Positions 1-11,743 of a DNA stretch of 64,000 bases are shown one piece after another. How positions within the stretch are numbered: the first letter of the stretch is position 1; each line of letters begins with the position of its first letter. A program made the translations under genes and the position numbers. Source of the stretch: an uncultured virus (IMG/VR IMGVR_UViG_3300031787_000077) (lineage: Duplodnaviria; Heunggongvirae; Uroviricota; Caudoviricetes); the IMG/VR virus record IMGVR_UViG_3300031787_000077, positions 1 through 64,000 of that record. One strand, written 5' to 3'. The notes beneath the pieces were generated by a model. That model searched no databases. It saw nothing but the letters and a program-made list of their open reading frames with translations, and was not told the origin of the DNA.

Positions 1-387
1 AGCGACATTAAGAAAAATATTTTTTGGTCTGATGGTGGTATCACCTAGTATATGTTGTACTGAGCAGAGTACAAAAATTTTAGTAAATAATGAGACTGTC
101 TCGCCCAATCTTTGCCATTTGGTTTTGTTGGTTGTAGTCAGCGAAAAATTATGATCTATTGTAAAATTAATCAGGAGGATATTAATAATAATAACTACTG
201 GAATAAATTAGTAAATAGTCTACGGGCGAAATTATCTCAACAAAAAGATTTAACTAATAAAATTATAGTTATTAGGCTGCAAGAAATAAACAGAGACGAC
301 GATGCTATGATTCCTAAGTTGGAATTCAAAAATTCATAAGTTGTAATTATCTTTAATATCTCATATTATATATTATAATGATGGGAT

Positions 388-1044
388 TTGTCTGACCCGA
401 TCCTGTCTGTTTGTTCAGGATGTTCACAGTCAGTCAAAAAGATACTTCTTATGCCACCTCTCATAACTTTAGATAATAAATTATTAGTCAAAGATAATAA
501 ATTAGCCAACAGTTTAGATTGTTGTTGTGGTTGTGATGGACCAGTAAGATTATATCAGTGTGGGGGATTATATTATTTAGGAAGTAGTCAGGGTAGATTA
601 GGCACCTATGTTTCAATGGAACTAGTGGCCTATGATTGTAATGATAAAAGAGTTTTTTCTTGGAAAAAATGTAATAATGATGTTCCTGGGGGTGGGATTG
701 AAGCGGGTTCAACACGTTATCAGAATTACCCAGCAGGACCAGGATGTGGATTTATTCTCAAAGGAACTTTTAGTCAAAAAGAAAATTCTCCACCTATTAC
801 TGTTTATTATGGTGGTCAATATGGACAAGGTAATACAACAGGAGCAAATGGTCCCTTTCCAGGAAATATTGGTTGGCATATGATCAGAACAGTTACATGG
901 GCTGATCTTAACTTTAATGGAGTAGATTTTTGTAGTGTTAATAATCCTCCCATCTGTCCCAACACTGGTTTACCTTTCGTTAGTTTTAAAACCGACTGTG
1001 TAGTGGATTGGTGTTCTGAAGCACTAAAACCCCCAAAACCATAA
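388..1044 (+). CDS. Cys/Gly-rich hypothetical protein (true start may be ATG at 451, MPPLITL...)
   Basis: 218-aa ORF with a CCCGC cluster and many Gly; no family recognised. Confidence 0.5.
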   Translation: MSDPILSVCSGCSQSVKKILLMPPLITLDNKLLVKDNKLANSLDCCCGCDGPVRLYQCGGLYYLGSSQGRLGTYVSMELVAYDCNDKRVFSWKKCNNDVPGGGIEAGSTRYQNYPAGPGCGFILKGTFSQKENSPPITVYYGGQYGQGNTTGANGPFPGNIGWHMIRTVTWADLNFNGVDFCSVNNPPICPNTGLPFVSFKTDCVVDWCSEALKPPKP

Positions 1045-1601
1045 TTATGTTATTAGTAATTTTATTGGGTCAATATGCCAACAAAATAAATAAGCCACTT
1101 TTCCCACCATTAGTAACTGATCCCACAAGTCGATCAATAATAATTATAGCAGGATTAATAATCTCACTCATAGTTTTATACAAAATCTTAAGAAAATTCA
1201 ATGAACCATGATGATTCTTTGTTGTTGTGTTTGGCCCTTTATGCTATCATTTTCGCTTTTGTGGAATATGATTTATATAACTATTAACTTTCCCCTGCAT
1301 AATTAAGAGAAATAGAAATGAACGAATTTCATAAGCCTTTTATCAAAAGTCTAGTAACAATTGCTGCTGTGGCACTAGTTTCATGGTATTTTAGTGGCTA
1401 TTTTGTTCAAAAATTCTATTTTCACTACTATAAAACCCCCTCTTTTACATCTTCTGAATTTCCAAAATCACATAATATAACCTCTGAAGCAGCATATAAC
1501 GAATAATTCACGGTAATATCAAGATATTTTTACTTATTGAATATACCGGTGGTAAAAAGTGGGGAAAATTAGCCATAAAGTCTGAATCTTTACCCCTCCC
1601 C

Positions 1602-1629
1602 TTGACGATACTCTTTCTTGTGGTATACT
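1602..1629 (+). promoter_or_regulatory. sigma70-type early promoter
   Basis: TTGACG-N16-TATACT with TG extension, at the head of the small-ORF array. Confidence 0.65.
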
Positions 1630-1684
1630 GGATCATGGTAGTAGGAGGAAGAAGTTTAATAATATGCGGGGAAAATGAGATTTT

Positions 1685-1852
1685 ATGTATAAGAATGTGT
1701 TGCTAACTGATAGAGAAATTGCTCTACTCAAAAGGGTTGTTGGTGATTATCTTCATAAAAAATTAACTCCAGAACGTCAAAATTTGACCATTATTCTGAA
1801 TCGTCTCAGGGGTATTAAACCCACCAAAACTTATAATCAAACTATCAATTAG
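1685..1852 (+). CDS. small hypothetical protein, 55 aa (not in ORF track)
   Basis: Manual translation MYKNVLLTDREIALLKRVVGDYL..., directly downstream of the promoter at 1602. Confidence 0.55.
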   Translation: MYKNVLLTDREIALLKRVVGDYLHKKLTPERQNLTIILNRLRGIKPTKTYNQTIN

Positions 1853-2298
1853 TGGAAATGAACCCACAAATCAAAAGAAATCAAATCTAATGAATATTAA
1901 TCTAAATAAGCATGAAGTTGGCCTAATTCTTGACTCTCTTGAAAGTTATCAACTTAATATTGAGCATGGGAATGAGAATGGCCATGAATATGTTTGGACT
2001 GAAGATGAAGTGGGGAATTTGGTCGATTATTTGAATGATACTCTGGAGAAAACAAATGAACAGAATAAAAATGATTAAATGGAAACGTATTTGTGAATCC
2101 CGTTGTGCGATAGATTCTTGTTATGATTGGATTAACAACAATCTAACGGACAATAAACTTATTAAGGTTATTTCGGGCTTAGGTTGTAAAGAAGATGCAG
2201 AAGAAATAAGAAAGCACACCATCAGATACAATCATCAAAAACTAAAAGAACTGATGCGTCGTGGATTGAAAAGAAATTATTGTTAAAAACTATCATTT

Positions 2299-2418
2299 AT
2301 GCACGTTAGCATTTATAATGACCGAAATTATACTTGTGTGGGATATACTTGTAGTAGGGAAGAACTTAGGGGTTTAGCCGATTTTATCAATAACTGTCTA
2401 GAGAAAAATAATGAGTAA
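2299..2418 (+). pseudogene. truncated paralog (C-terminal half) of the 4973-5194 gene
   Basis: Translates MHVSIYNDRNYTCVGYTCSREELRGLADFINNCLEKNNE, matching VVSIYNDRNDNCVTYICNKKELKGLADFINNYLEKN. Confidence 0.75.
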
Positions 2419-3478
2419 TGATAAAACTATCAAAATCAGTAAAAATGCGATGGAAGAAGATATTACAATTATTCTGCCCGATAAAAGTGAAATCATTATA
2501 CAATATCGTTGTTATGATGATGATGAAAACGAGGCAACTCTAGATATTTGTTTTGAAAATCATATGAATATCGTTAATTGGGAGGATGACGATATGACTC
2601 CAGCAAAAGCATCTAAAGATATTCCAGAATTAATGCAAAATGTTAAACAATTAAGTATAACAAAATCTCAGAATAGTTTATGGGAGAAAAATAATGAATA
2701 AATTAGTATTGTATTTTGATCCTATTGATATTGCTAATCTTGGGTTCAATTTTACACCATTTCCAGAATGTTTAATCTTTAACAATTGGGCTGATGCTGC
2801 TGATTGGTTTAAGCGTCATGATTTTATTTATAAAGAAGATTTTAAGTTGACAATTTTTACTATTGAAAGATTTGGAAAAACTCTTAATGGTAAATATATG
2901 TGGGGAAAGGCTTTTATATGAAAGTTTATGCTATAGTTTGTGAATATGGTGCTGCTAGTATTTATGAAGGAATTGAAATGATTTGTAAAACCAAAGAGAT
3001 TGCAGAGTCTTACTATAATAATTACGATTTTACTGGGCGACCATACTATATTGAAGAAATGGAAATTGTTAATAAAATGTGGGAAAAGCCTAAGCCTAAG
3101 AAGAAAAAGGTTAAGAAATGATAACTATTCCACGCTGGGAATATTATCTACTTTATTTTATTGCGATTATGCAATGTCTATTATTTATAGATAGAATATT
3201 TGGAACATAAAATGTGGCATTATAATTTAATTCAAGAAATCATAATGAACAATAAGTGGATAGAGGAAAATGGAGATAATTGGGCGGCTGGGCGAGTAGA
3301 GTGTGGTTATTCTGAAAGAGAATATTGGCTAACAAAAACAGAATATTGGCTAATAATAGATAAAAAAGATTGGAATAAGTTTGATGATTATCTTATAGGC
3401 TTAAATACAGACTCTTTACAAAGTTTAGATCAACTGATACAATCCAGTAGGTTGCCAATAATTCAATTTGGAATAAAA

Positions 3479-3509
3479 GGAGAAAAGAAATGAACAAAAA
3501 CGAAATCAC
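3479..3509 (+). repeat. 31-bp direct repeat, copy 1
   Basis: GGAGAAAAGAAATGAACAAAAACGAAATCAC, identical to 4224-4254. Confidence 0.95.
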
Positions 3510-4223
3510 CATCCAGAGTGACTCGTTTGATCTGTGCGACTGATGAGCAAAAGACTTTGGAGCATAAATAATGATACTAGACGTTAATATCTCTGACCAT
3601 TATAATTATGAACTATTTGATGCAAATGGTAACAGATTAGATTATGTTGTTAGGGCGGATACGGAAACTGGTCAAATAGAAAGATATGTATTAGATGAGT
3701 CTGGTAAACCACCTCGCACTATAGAGGAAAAACTTCTAACAGAAATAGTATTTGTTCCTTATCCTTTAAAGACTATTAAACGTGATAACTATTTGGAGAA
3801 TAACTAATGAAGTGGAATTTCCAAATTGTCAAGGCCCAACATTATCGTGAGATAGGTAATATTCCCGGTGTTGAACACGTCAGAAATAATTATAGAAAGA
3901 ATGGGTGGAGATAATGAATAAATATGAAGAAGTCTTGAAAAGACTAAATAACTCAGTATACCTTACCGATATAATCAACTCTATGAGTCTTGCTCGTAAG
4001 TGGTATGATAGTGGCGAAATTAGTTATGATGATTTTGCTAATCTACAAAATATTGGCGAAACAATGAAAAATAAGTGGCCTAACTAATGGACGATTTTTT
4101 TGTAACAGTTGGGTGTTTTATAGTAGAATGAATGTGATTGTAAATAGTGGGCTAGACATAGCAAATAAAATTAAAGAGGCCGCTGGTATTGATGTTGATT
4201 TATCAGAGTGGAAACTTAGGTAT

Positions 4224-4254
4224 GGAGAAAAGAAATGAACAAAAACGAAATCAC
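4224..4254 (+). repeat. 31-bp direct repeat, copy 2
   Basis: Identical to 3479-3509. Confidence 0.95.
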
Positions 4255-5916
4255 TGATGATAAAAAGGCTTCTTTGGAGTATAAATGTTAGATCAATGAC
4301 TAATAAAATGTTTACTTATTCAAGTGATAATATCATAGAGATACAATCTTTGCCTGTTTTAAATCAACAAATCAAAACAGATGTAGAAAATCTCAAAAAA
4401 CTTATAGAAGAAGGCGAAAAGGCTAAAAGAAAATTAGAAGTTTTGCAAAATGCCTGTAAGCATGAATATTTTTATGACGAATCAGGATATCCCTATTATT
4501 ATAGATATTGTTTAAGTTGTGGCAAATTTATGTATGCTATATAAACACTCAAACTACTAAATAAAATTGAAAATGTTTTTAATTGGATTACTTACTGGCT
4601 GTTATATAACCGTGAGTTTATTTACTTTTTTATATGTAACATCTAACTGTATACTGGCAGGACGAGGCACTGATTTGTTGTGGCGACCTTTTATTTATGG
4701 TCTATTATGGCCCATATTTCTGTTATTATTTTTTTTATTAAAAGGAAAGAAATGAAAGTTTATATTGTTATTGGTACAAGAGAAAATGTTTATCAGGATG
4801 AAATTGGTGGGCCTTTTGTATCTCATCCAGATAAAGAAATTGTAAGAGTATTTTTAAATGATGATAATGCAAGAAAGTTTGTGGCCGATAATAAATTATC
4901 TAAAGGTAAAAGAGAACGCTATGGTGATACTTCATACTATCGTAATGGATATTATGATCTTGAAGTTGAAGGTTGGGAAGTAGAATAACTATGGATTCAA
5001 AACCAGCACAATATTATCTTGATAAAGATAAACTGATTGATATTCAGATTGAAAATTGGAGTAATGGCAACATAGTTGTTAGTATTTATAATGATCGAAA
5101 TGATAATTGTGTGACCTATATTTGTAATAAAAAAGAACTAAAAGGTTTGGCCGATTTTATTAACAACTATTTGGAGAAAAATATGGAGAAGTAAAATGAA
5201 TGAACTATACGATTATCTGATCTTATTAACCAAAACAGAAAATTGTCCTATTCAATCTGTTCATTACATTTTTCAATTTGGACCATTTGGCGAAAACTTT
5301 ATGCTAATTACTATGAAAAGTGGCGAAGAAATTAAGTGTGATTTTTATGAATAAAGAAGATATTGACGATATTAAAACTGTATTAAATGAACAACTTGCT
5401 CTTATTCAAAGGCTTGGTAAGATGCCTATGTCTAGTTTGGTTAATCAGACTATTTATAATGAGATTCTAGACTGTAACAAGGTAATGATGGAGATAGTTT
5501 GTGGCCCGATTGGCGGAATTGAGAAATTAGTGGAAAGAACAAACGAAATGAAATTTACATACGTTGATGGAAATAGAATAAAGCCAATACCTTACGATTT
5601 TGATGAATAATAATTCCAACGAAGAGACAAACTAACTAGAGAATATCCAGAATTGTACGATCAATGAGTCATCAAAACTAGTGGATATTAAAAAAGGAAC
5701 CACACCAATGTTAGCACCTATTGCAAAAGTGAATAAGATTTTTTCTTTGAATTACAAAGACCAAGTTTTTGATGTAATGTACAGAACGGGAAAACTTATA
5801 GATGGTGGTGAACGTAAATTTACAAAGATAACCCTAAACAGAATGCCTTTTCCGTCTATTTATAAAGATGGTCATCTTGATGAAAAAGAAATAACACTAG
5901 TTTGTGAGGAGTTTAA

Positions 5917-6258
5917 ATGAATCTTTTAAGTGAAACAATTGATGTTCTTAATAATAGTGGTAAAACCCGATCTGACGTTAGATGGATCGGTTCTACTCAT
6001 TATGGTTATTTTGATTGGGAGCATTTTGTTAAAATTGCTAATGTTGAATATGATGATGATGGTTATGGAGCAGCAAAAGTTGCTAGTCATTTGGTTATTG
6101 TTGGAGATGATTGGTGGCTTGAAAGACAAGAATATGATGGTAGTGAATGGTGGAGTTATAAAAGTTTACCAACGAAACCACTAAATAAAATAGAACCAAA
6201 TCGAGTTACTTATGGATATGATAGAACTCTTAGAGAGATGAACGAAAAACGAGAATGA
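5917..6258 (+). CDS. conserved phage hypothetical protein
   Basis: YDDxGYG...DDWWLERQEYDGSEWW pattern familiar from large-phage early proteins. Confidence 0.6.
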   Translation: MNLLSETIDVLNNSGKTRSDVRWIGSTHYGYFDWEHFVKIANVEYDDDGYGAAKVASHLVIVGDDWWLERQEYDGSEWWSYKSLPTKPLNKIEPNRVTYGYDRTLREMNEKRE

Positions 6259-6887
6259 AAGAACACCAAAAATATACTGGTCAACATTTTATATTTCATC
6301 TGATGAAAGACGATAATCTGACCACAATATCTCTTAGTAGTAATTATGTTAATGCTCCTGCGGATAAATTTGAACTAAAGGAGTTGGCAGATTTTATCTA
6401 TGCCTCATTAGAAAATGACCAGAATCAGAGTAATTGAACTAGAGTATGATCTAATAGAAATTCATTATAATCCTATTCTAAAAAACAATCCTTATTTAGT
6501 GAGAATTTTTAGTTATAATAGTGACGAGCCGCAGGAAATTAGGATAGGCCAAAAACAATTCGGTGATCTATACAAGTTTCTCAAGGAGAATAAATACATA
6601 TGAATCTTATTCAGTGTTTTAGTAGTGTTGTTGGTCATAAAGAGGCTCAAGAACTTATAACCGATCTTAATCAAATGAAGTCGTCAAAGTCTGAAGATTT
6701 TTACATTAAATATGATGAATATCAAGATTATTCTACTGACGACAATTATTTAGTGATAGGGAATGTTACAAAAGAAGATTGGGATGAACTTGATTTGGAG
6801 AGTGATTTTATTGAAGGATTTGTTTAATGATTGATTTTATTCTAAATGAGTCAAAATAGGTCAGACTAACCCTTTTACGGAGATTTT

Positions 6888-7136
6888 ATGAAGAAATTGA
6901 TTTTTTTGCTGTGTTTGATTTTTATCGGTTGTGATTCGCCCACTACATCTAACTCTCAGATTGATAAGATTCTGAGGGCTAAGAGTATTGTTAAAAGCAT
7001 GGTTAAACATCCTGATACTTTGGTTTTTAAGGAATTTGAAACCAATGTTGTGGGAGATAATGTTAGTCTTACTTTTTCTTGTAAGAATGGTTTTGGTGTT
7101 CCAGAAACCCATACTGTGAATGTGTTGGTGGATTGA
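6888..7136 (+). CDS. putative lipoprotein
   Basis: MKKLIFLLCLIFIG-C lipobox-like signal; KNGFG motif near the C-terminus. Confidence 0.55.
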   Translation: MKKLIFLLCLIFIGCDSPTTSNSQIDKILRAKSIVKSMVKHPDTLVFKEFETNVVGDNVSLTFSCKNGFGVPETHTVNVLVD

Positions 7137-7155
7137 TTTTTTGTGAACTGAGGTA

Positions 7156-7183
7156 TTGACAACTGCCGATAGAGTGATATACT
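7156..7183 (+). promoter_or_regulatory. sigma70-type promoter with CCGATA in the spacer
   Basis: TTGACA-actgCCGATAgagtga-TATACT. Confidence 0.75.
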
Positions 7184-7222
7184 ACCGTTATGAGTTCTAA
7201 GCCTTGGAGATTGGAGACAAAC

Positions 7223-7516
7223 ATGAACGATGTTAATATTCCAGAAAATACTCTGATTAGTTACTACCGTGACAAGCATGGTAATCCCCGTGGAGTTTTG
7301 GTGGCTGTTAAAAAGGGTCGTCATGGGAATTTTAATGTGGGATATGCTCAGTGCCGTAAGGGCGATAAGTTTAGCAAAAAGATGGGGCTAAAGATTGCTC
7401 TTGGGCGATCTTATTATGAGCATATGGATGCTTTGGATAATATGCCTCATAACTTGCGTAAGATGCTTCCATCCTTTATTAAGAGATGTGAACGATATTA
7501 TAAGGTGTTTGTATGA
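7223..7516 (+). CDS. phage hypothetical protein (GxAxC...DxF...GxxIA motif)
   Basis: Start reassigned to the ATG after the TTGGAG RBS; motif GYAQCRKGDKFSKKMGLKIALGR. Confidence 0.6.
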   Translation: MNDVNIPENTLISYYRDKHGNPRGVLVAVKKGRHGNFNVGYAQCRKGDKFSKKMGLKIALGRSYYEHMDALDNMPHNLRKMLPSFIKRCERYYKVFV

Positions 7517-8177
7517 AAACTATAGACTATCCTTCTGCTGCTATGGAGTGTGCCAGATATATTTTTGATAGTGATTGTGAGCAGATTAGTTATCAAGAAT
7601 ATGTAAGAGATGGAAATGATCCAAGAGAACATATTCTATACTGTGCTGCTGTGGTTCTTGGCGAAACTGATGATTTTCAACCCGATATTGACGATTACCT
7701 TCATATGGAGAATGATTGATGACTAAGGTTTATGATGTTAAGCAATATAATGGTAAGTTTGTTGTGACCAAGAACGACGAACCCATTTTGCTGCCTAAAA
7801 CCGATGGACAGTTTATTGTCACAGAGTTTGATAGTAAAGAAGATGCTGAGAAGTATTTAACTATTCTTGAAAGTCTTTTAAAGAAGCGAAAGGTTAGTCA
7901 TGCCTAAATTTTTAGTTACTATGAATCTTGTTGAAGCAAAGACCACAACCTTTGTTATTGAAGCAAAGTCTAGTGATGATGTACATGATGCTTTGGGCGA
8001 ACTAGAGGCTGATTATTTTGAGGAAAACTGTGAGTGGGTAACGGTAGATTATGAATCTCCCATTATTGAAAGTGTGGAAGTGACCAACAAGGGTCTTGGA
8101 GTTTGTGACGCTAAAGAGAATAAAAAGATTCAGACCAAATTTAATAAGATTATCAAAGAACTAGATAAAACACAACA

Positions 8178-8936
8178 ATGATTCGCTCAAGATTACATCG
8201 CTGGACTTGTGGCAAAGTTGCTGACTTTATTCGTGGAGAAGAAAAGCCATTTCCTTTAGAGGGGGACGAATGGGATGATTGGCATAAGAATGCTAGGAAA
8301 AATCGTCCATTTAGATACTGGCTTGCAGAAAAGGGTTTAAAGAAACTGCAAAATATTTGCTACTTTCCATATGATGTTTATCGTACAGTCTGGATTTATG
8401 TTCGTAACAGATGGATAGATCAAACTCATAAGATAGATACTGGATTAAAACCCGGTGGCTATTATGAATTTGATACTAAACTATTGCATGGTCTTTTTAA
8501 TGAATTGTGTGACTATGTTGAAGTAGAATTGGCCCACCTTAATTCTTATGACAATACAGCACAATATGTCTTTAAAAAGGGTCGCTGTCCACAAGCAGGA
8601 CTAGACCATTTAGATTGGGCAGCAGAATTAACTATGGGCGAAAGTTTTAAGTTGGATAATGATGATCCCGACTATAATAAGCCCACACCCCAAGCAGAAT
8701 CGGCCGAAATTATTATAACATTATATTTGTGGTGGAAAAATATTCGACCACTACGATTTGACCCTCACCTATTATATGACGCTGTAGATGATAATCAGAT
8801 TTTTGGCCCAAATATTTTGCCAGCATCCACTAAGGAAATCTTTGACAAAGTTGAGGAAATGGAGCAGCAATATAAGGAAGAAGATACGGATATGTTAATC
8901 TCTCTGGTTAAAGTTAGAGGCAGCGTATGGAGTTAA
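8178..8936 (+). CDS. conserved phage hypothetical protein
   Basis: 252-aa Trp-rich ORF coupled to the upstream gene. Confidence 0.7.
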   Translation: MIRSRLHRWTCGKVADFIRGEEKPFPLEGDEWDDWHKNARKNRPFRYWLAEKGLKKLQNICYFPYDVYRTVWIYVRNRWIDQTHKIDTGLKPGGYYEFDTKLLHGLFNELCDYVEVELAHLNSYDNTAQYVFKKGRCPQAGLDHLDWAAELTMGESFKLDNDDPDYNKPTPQAESAEIIITLYLWWKNIRPLRFDPHLLYDAVDDNQIFGPNILPASTKEIFDKVEEMEQQYKEEDTDMLISLVKVRGSVWS

Positions 8937-10393
8937 CTATGAAGGACAATTACTCATCTGCATCAGAAGCAGCATCAGAAGGATACTCTGAACTAATTTA
9001 TCACAATAAAAATAAAAACCTTAACCAATCACCCCCTAAAAAACTAAAGTGGTATGATTGGCTTTTACTATTAGTCTTTAGGAGATAACCAATGTCTAAA
9101 CAAATTTTTAATAGTTACGACGAAGCCCACAAGTATAGAATGAGTCACCCCATCCAGCAAGATTTGGATAACATAAAGAGTATTGCTACGGCAATTAAAG
9201 ATATGACTATTATGTTTGATCTTAGTTATAGCCAATCAGCAGTAAAGGAATTACTTGCTGATATTGATATGGGCATGAGAGCAATATTAGAGATTATTAA
9301 TGGGTCTAGCGGAAAGAATAAATAATATGACAACGCAAAATATTCCAAATTGGAAAAAAGGAGACATAGTTGCTCTGCTACAGAATAGCGATAGAGTTAT
9401 CCATATTTTTGAAGCAGAACATGATCCTTGGTATGGAAAATCCTTTTTTAGTTCAAAGGAAGATTGGTATTATGGTTGCAGAAACTGCGAAGAATTAAGA
9501 TTAGCCACTATGGAAGATATAGACCACAAAATAAAATACCAAAAAGAAAATGTAGAACGAGAAAAAGCAGTCTTAGATCAGTTACTTAATTTTAGGGGGC
9601 GTTTGTCACAATGAAAATACAAAATAAAACAGAGATAGACCTATCCGTAGAAGATGTGAAAGTCGCTATTGCCAAGTATCTTCAAGAGTCGCAAAATCTA
9701 TCACTAAATAGTGAACTAATTATGCACTTTCATGTAATTAATAAACCAACTCAACACCCAATGTATATTTCTGATACATTAGATAAGTTTGTTTTTGATG
9801 GTGCTACTGTTATAGCGTCAAAATGAATAAGATTTTTGACAATTATGACGAAGCCCACAAGTATAGTTTAACAATACCTTGGAAACTAGAAACTTGTAAT
9901 GTTGGAGAAGGTTGTTGGTGCAGAATTATTCTGCCGACAGAAAAGATACTTTATAAAAATAAGGTGGGAGATACTGAAAGAGTTGATGAACTTGATTATA
10001 TTATTCCAGATGGAAGCGTAGATAAAGAAACGGCTGAATATATGGTTACTATACATAATCAGTTAATAAACATTTATAAGAATCAAAAGAAAAGATTAGA
10101 GACACTACAAAAATTGAATGATTTAGATCAAGAACTAGGAATAAAATAATGAGTTGGCAATATAGAGTAGTTAAAAAAACAACCAAGATTCCTCTTGGAG
10201 AAACTGATATTACTTATGAAATTCATGATGTATATCTTGATGAAAGTCTAGATATTGTGAGTATTGGTAGACTATCATTTCCTATGGGTGATGATGTTGA
10301 GTCATTACAATGGAGCCTAGAAAGAATGATTGAGGCTTGTAAAAAGCCCGTCATCGACTATAATACTGGAGAAGAACAAGATCGGAATTAACC

Positions 10394-10502
10394 GACGCCA
10401 CTGGGTTGATCGCCAGAGGGCAACGTCCTGTGCCTCTAGTTCCCGTATGATCCTGCTATATGCTGGTTCGCTAGGGTTCTAACGCACGATAATGGGGGCG
10501 TT
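10394..10502 (+). ncRNA. candidate structured RNA (three-way junction)
   Basis: Intergenic, about 58% GC against an AT-rich background; 5' GACGCC..TTGATCG pairs with 3' CGATAA..GGCGTT, enclosing two hairpins. Confidence 0.5.
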
Positions 10503-11024
10503 TTCAATACAAAGGAAAAAATATGGAAAATTTTGATTGGGATGCTTTTGTAGAGGAAAGTAAAAAATATAAAGCGTGTGCTTGTCTATGGATAGACGAA
10601 GAAAATGATAGAATAGAACTATTGTTGGATAGTTCTGCTGCTACTTATAGTCAATGGATACCGGGAGAAGGAGCAGATATTTGTTTGCTAAGATGCGATA
10701 AAAGTAGAAAAGTTATTGGAGTTAATCTTCCATTATATCAAACCGACTTTAGCGTATTTCATACTGATCGTATAAGAGTTAAAATAAACGAAGGTTTCTT
10801 AAAAGAAGAATAATTATGATAGTTAACATACCAAAAGAATTAGAGAACCTAAACAGAAATGATATCGACAAAGTTTGTGAACTAGTAGATAAACTGGTCG
10901 ATCATATTATGACAACTTATTATTTTACAGAAAAAGATGAGGAGGTTCTAGCCGCCCTAATTACAGACTATATGATAGATTTGATTAATCCAGACTTACT
11001 AGATTTTGACAAGGAAAAAATAAA

Positions 11025-11447
11025 ATGAAAAAAGAAGTTGCTAAAAAGTGGGTTAAGGCTTTGCGTAGCGGAAAATATAAGCAAGGTAAAGGTTATCTAA
11101 AACAATTTAATAGTAAGAATCAACCAAGACATTGTTGTTTGGGTGTTCTTTGTGAGTTGTATAATGATACTATGAAGAAAAATCATAAAAAAACATTGTT
11201 TGCTGAAGAAATGGAAGATAATGTATCAGGTACAAGTTTTGTTAGATTCGATCTAAAAGATGGGGGTCTACCAAAAGTGGTGAAAAAATGGGCTGGTATT
11301 AATGATGAGACAGGAGAATTTATTTGTAAGGTAAAGTATAAAAATTATGAATATGACGATAGTCAAAATCTGTCAGTCATGAATGATGATGGTAAAAAGT
11401 TTTCAACTATCGCTGATATTATAGAAAAAAATATAGAGAATCTATGA
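11025..11447 (+). CDS. conserved phage hypothetical protein
   Basis: WVKALRSGKYKQG...HCCLGVLCE pattern. Confidence 0.6.
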   Translation: MKKEVAKKWVKALRSGKYKQGKGYLKQFNSKNQPRHCCLGVLCELYNDTMKKNHKKTLFAEEMEDNVSGTSFVRFDLKDGGLPKVVKKWAGINDETGEFICKVKYKNYEYDDSQNLSVMNDDGKKFSTIADIIEKNIENL

Positions 11448-11743
11448 AAGGTCCGTTAATTTACTACGAACTTAAAGATATGTACGGGACCAATTTGAGT
11501 GATTCTAAACTAGCCACTGAATTGCGTAAGAGCGTTCTAGAAGAAATTGATCTTGGATTTAATGTTGAGATTGATTTTGATGGGGTAGATAGCATTAGTA
11601 AAAATTGGGCTAAAAACGCTTTTGGAACTATTGTGAAACAGAAGGGTGGCGATTTTTTCAAGAATCATATCTTACTAACTAATCTTAATAAGAAGAATAT
11701 GACGGTCATTCTGAAAGAAATTAAGGAGATACTGGAAGTTTAA
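11444..11743 (+). CDS. STAS-like (DUF4325-type) protein
   Basis: LRKSVLEEI..VEIDFDGVDSISxxWAxNAFG pattern of STAS-like domains. Confidence 0.6.
   Translation: MKGPLIYYELKDMYGTNLSDSKLATELRKSVLEEIDLGFNVEIDFDGVDSISKNWAKNAFGTIVKQKGGDFFKNHILLTNLNKKNMTVILKEIKEILEV

Larger units (their letters stand above)
1890..11447 (+). other. array of about 35 small, tightly packed hypothetical early genes and gene fragments
   Basis: Consecutive 60-250-aa + strand ORFs with ATGA/TAATG overlaps and GGAG/AGGA RBS, typical of a large-phage hyperplastic region. Confidence 0.8.

Noticed and set aside
10405..10492. Calling the structured element a SAM-I riboswitch
   Set aside because: It has P1- and P3-like strings but no P2/kink-turn, and the downstream gene has no evident sulfur-metabolism link; kept only as an unclassified RNA.
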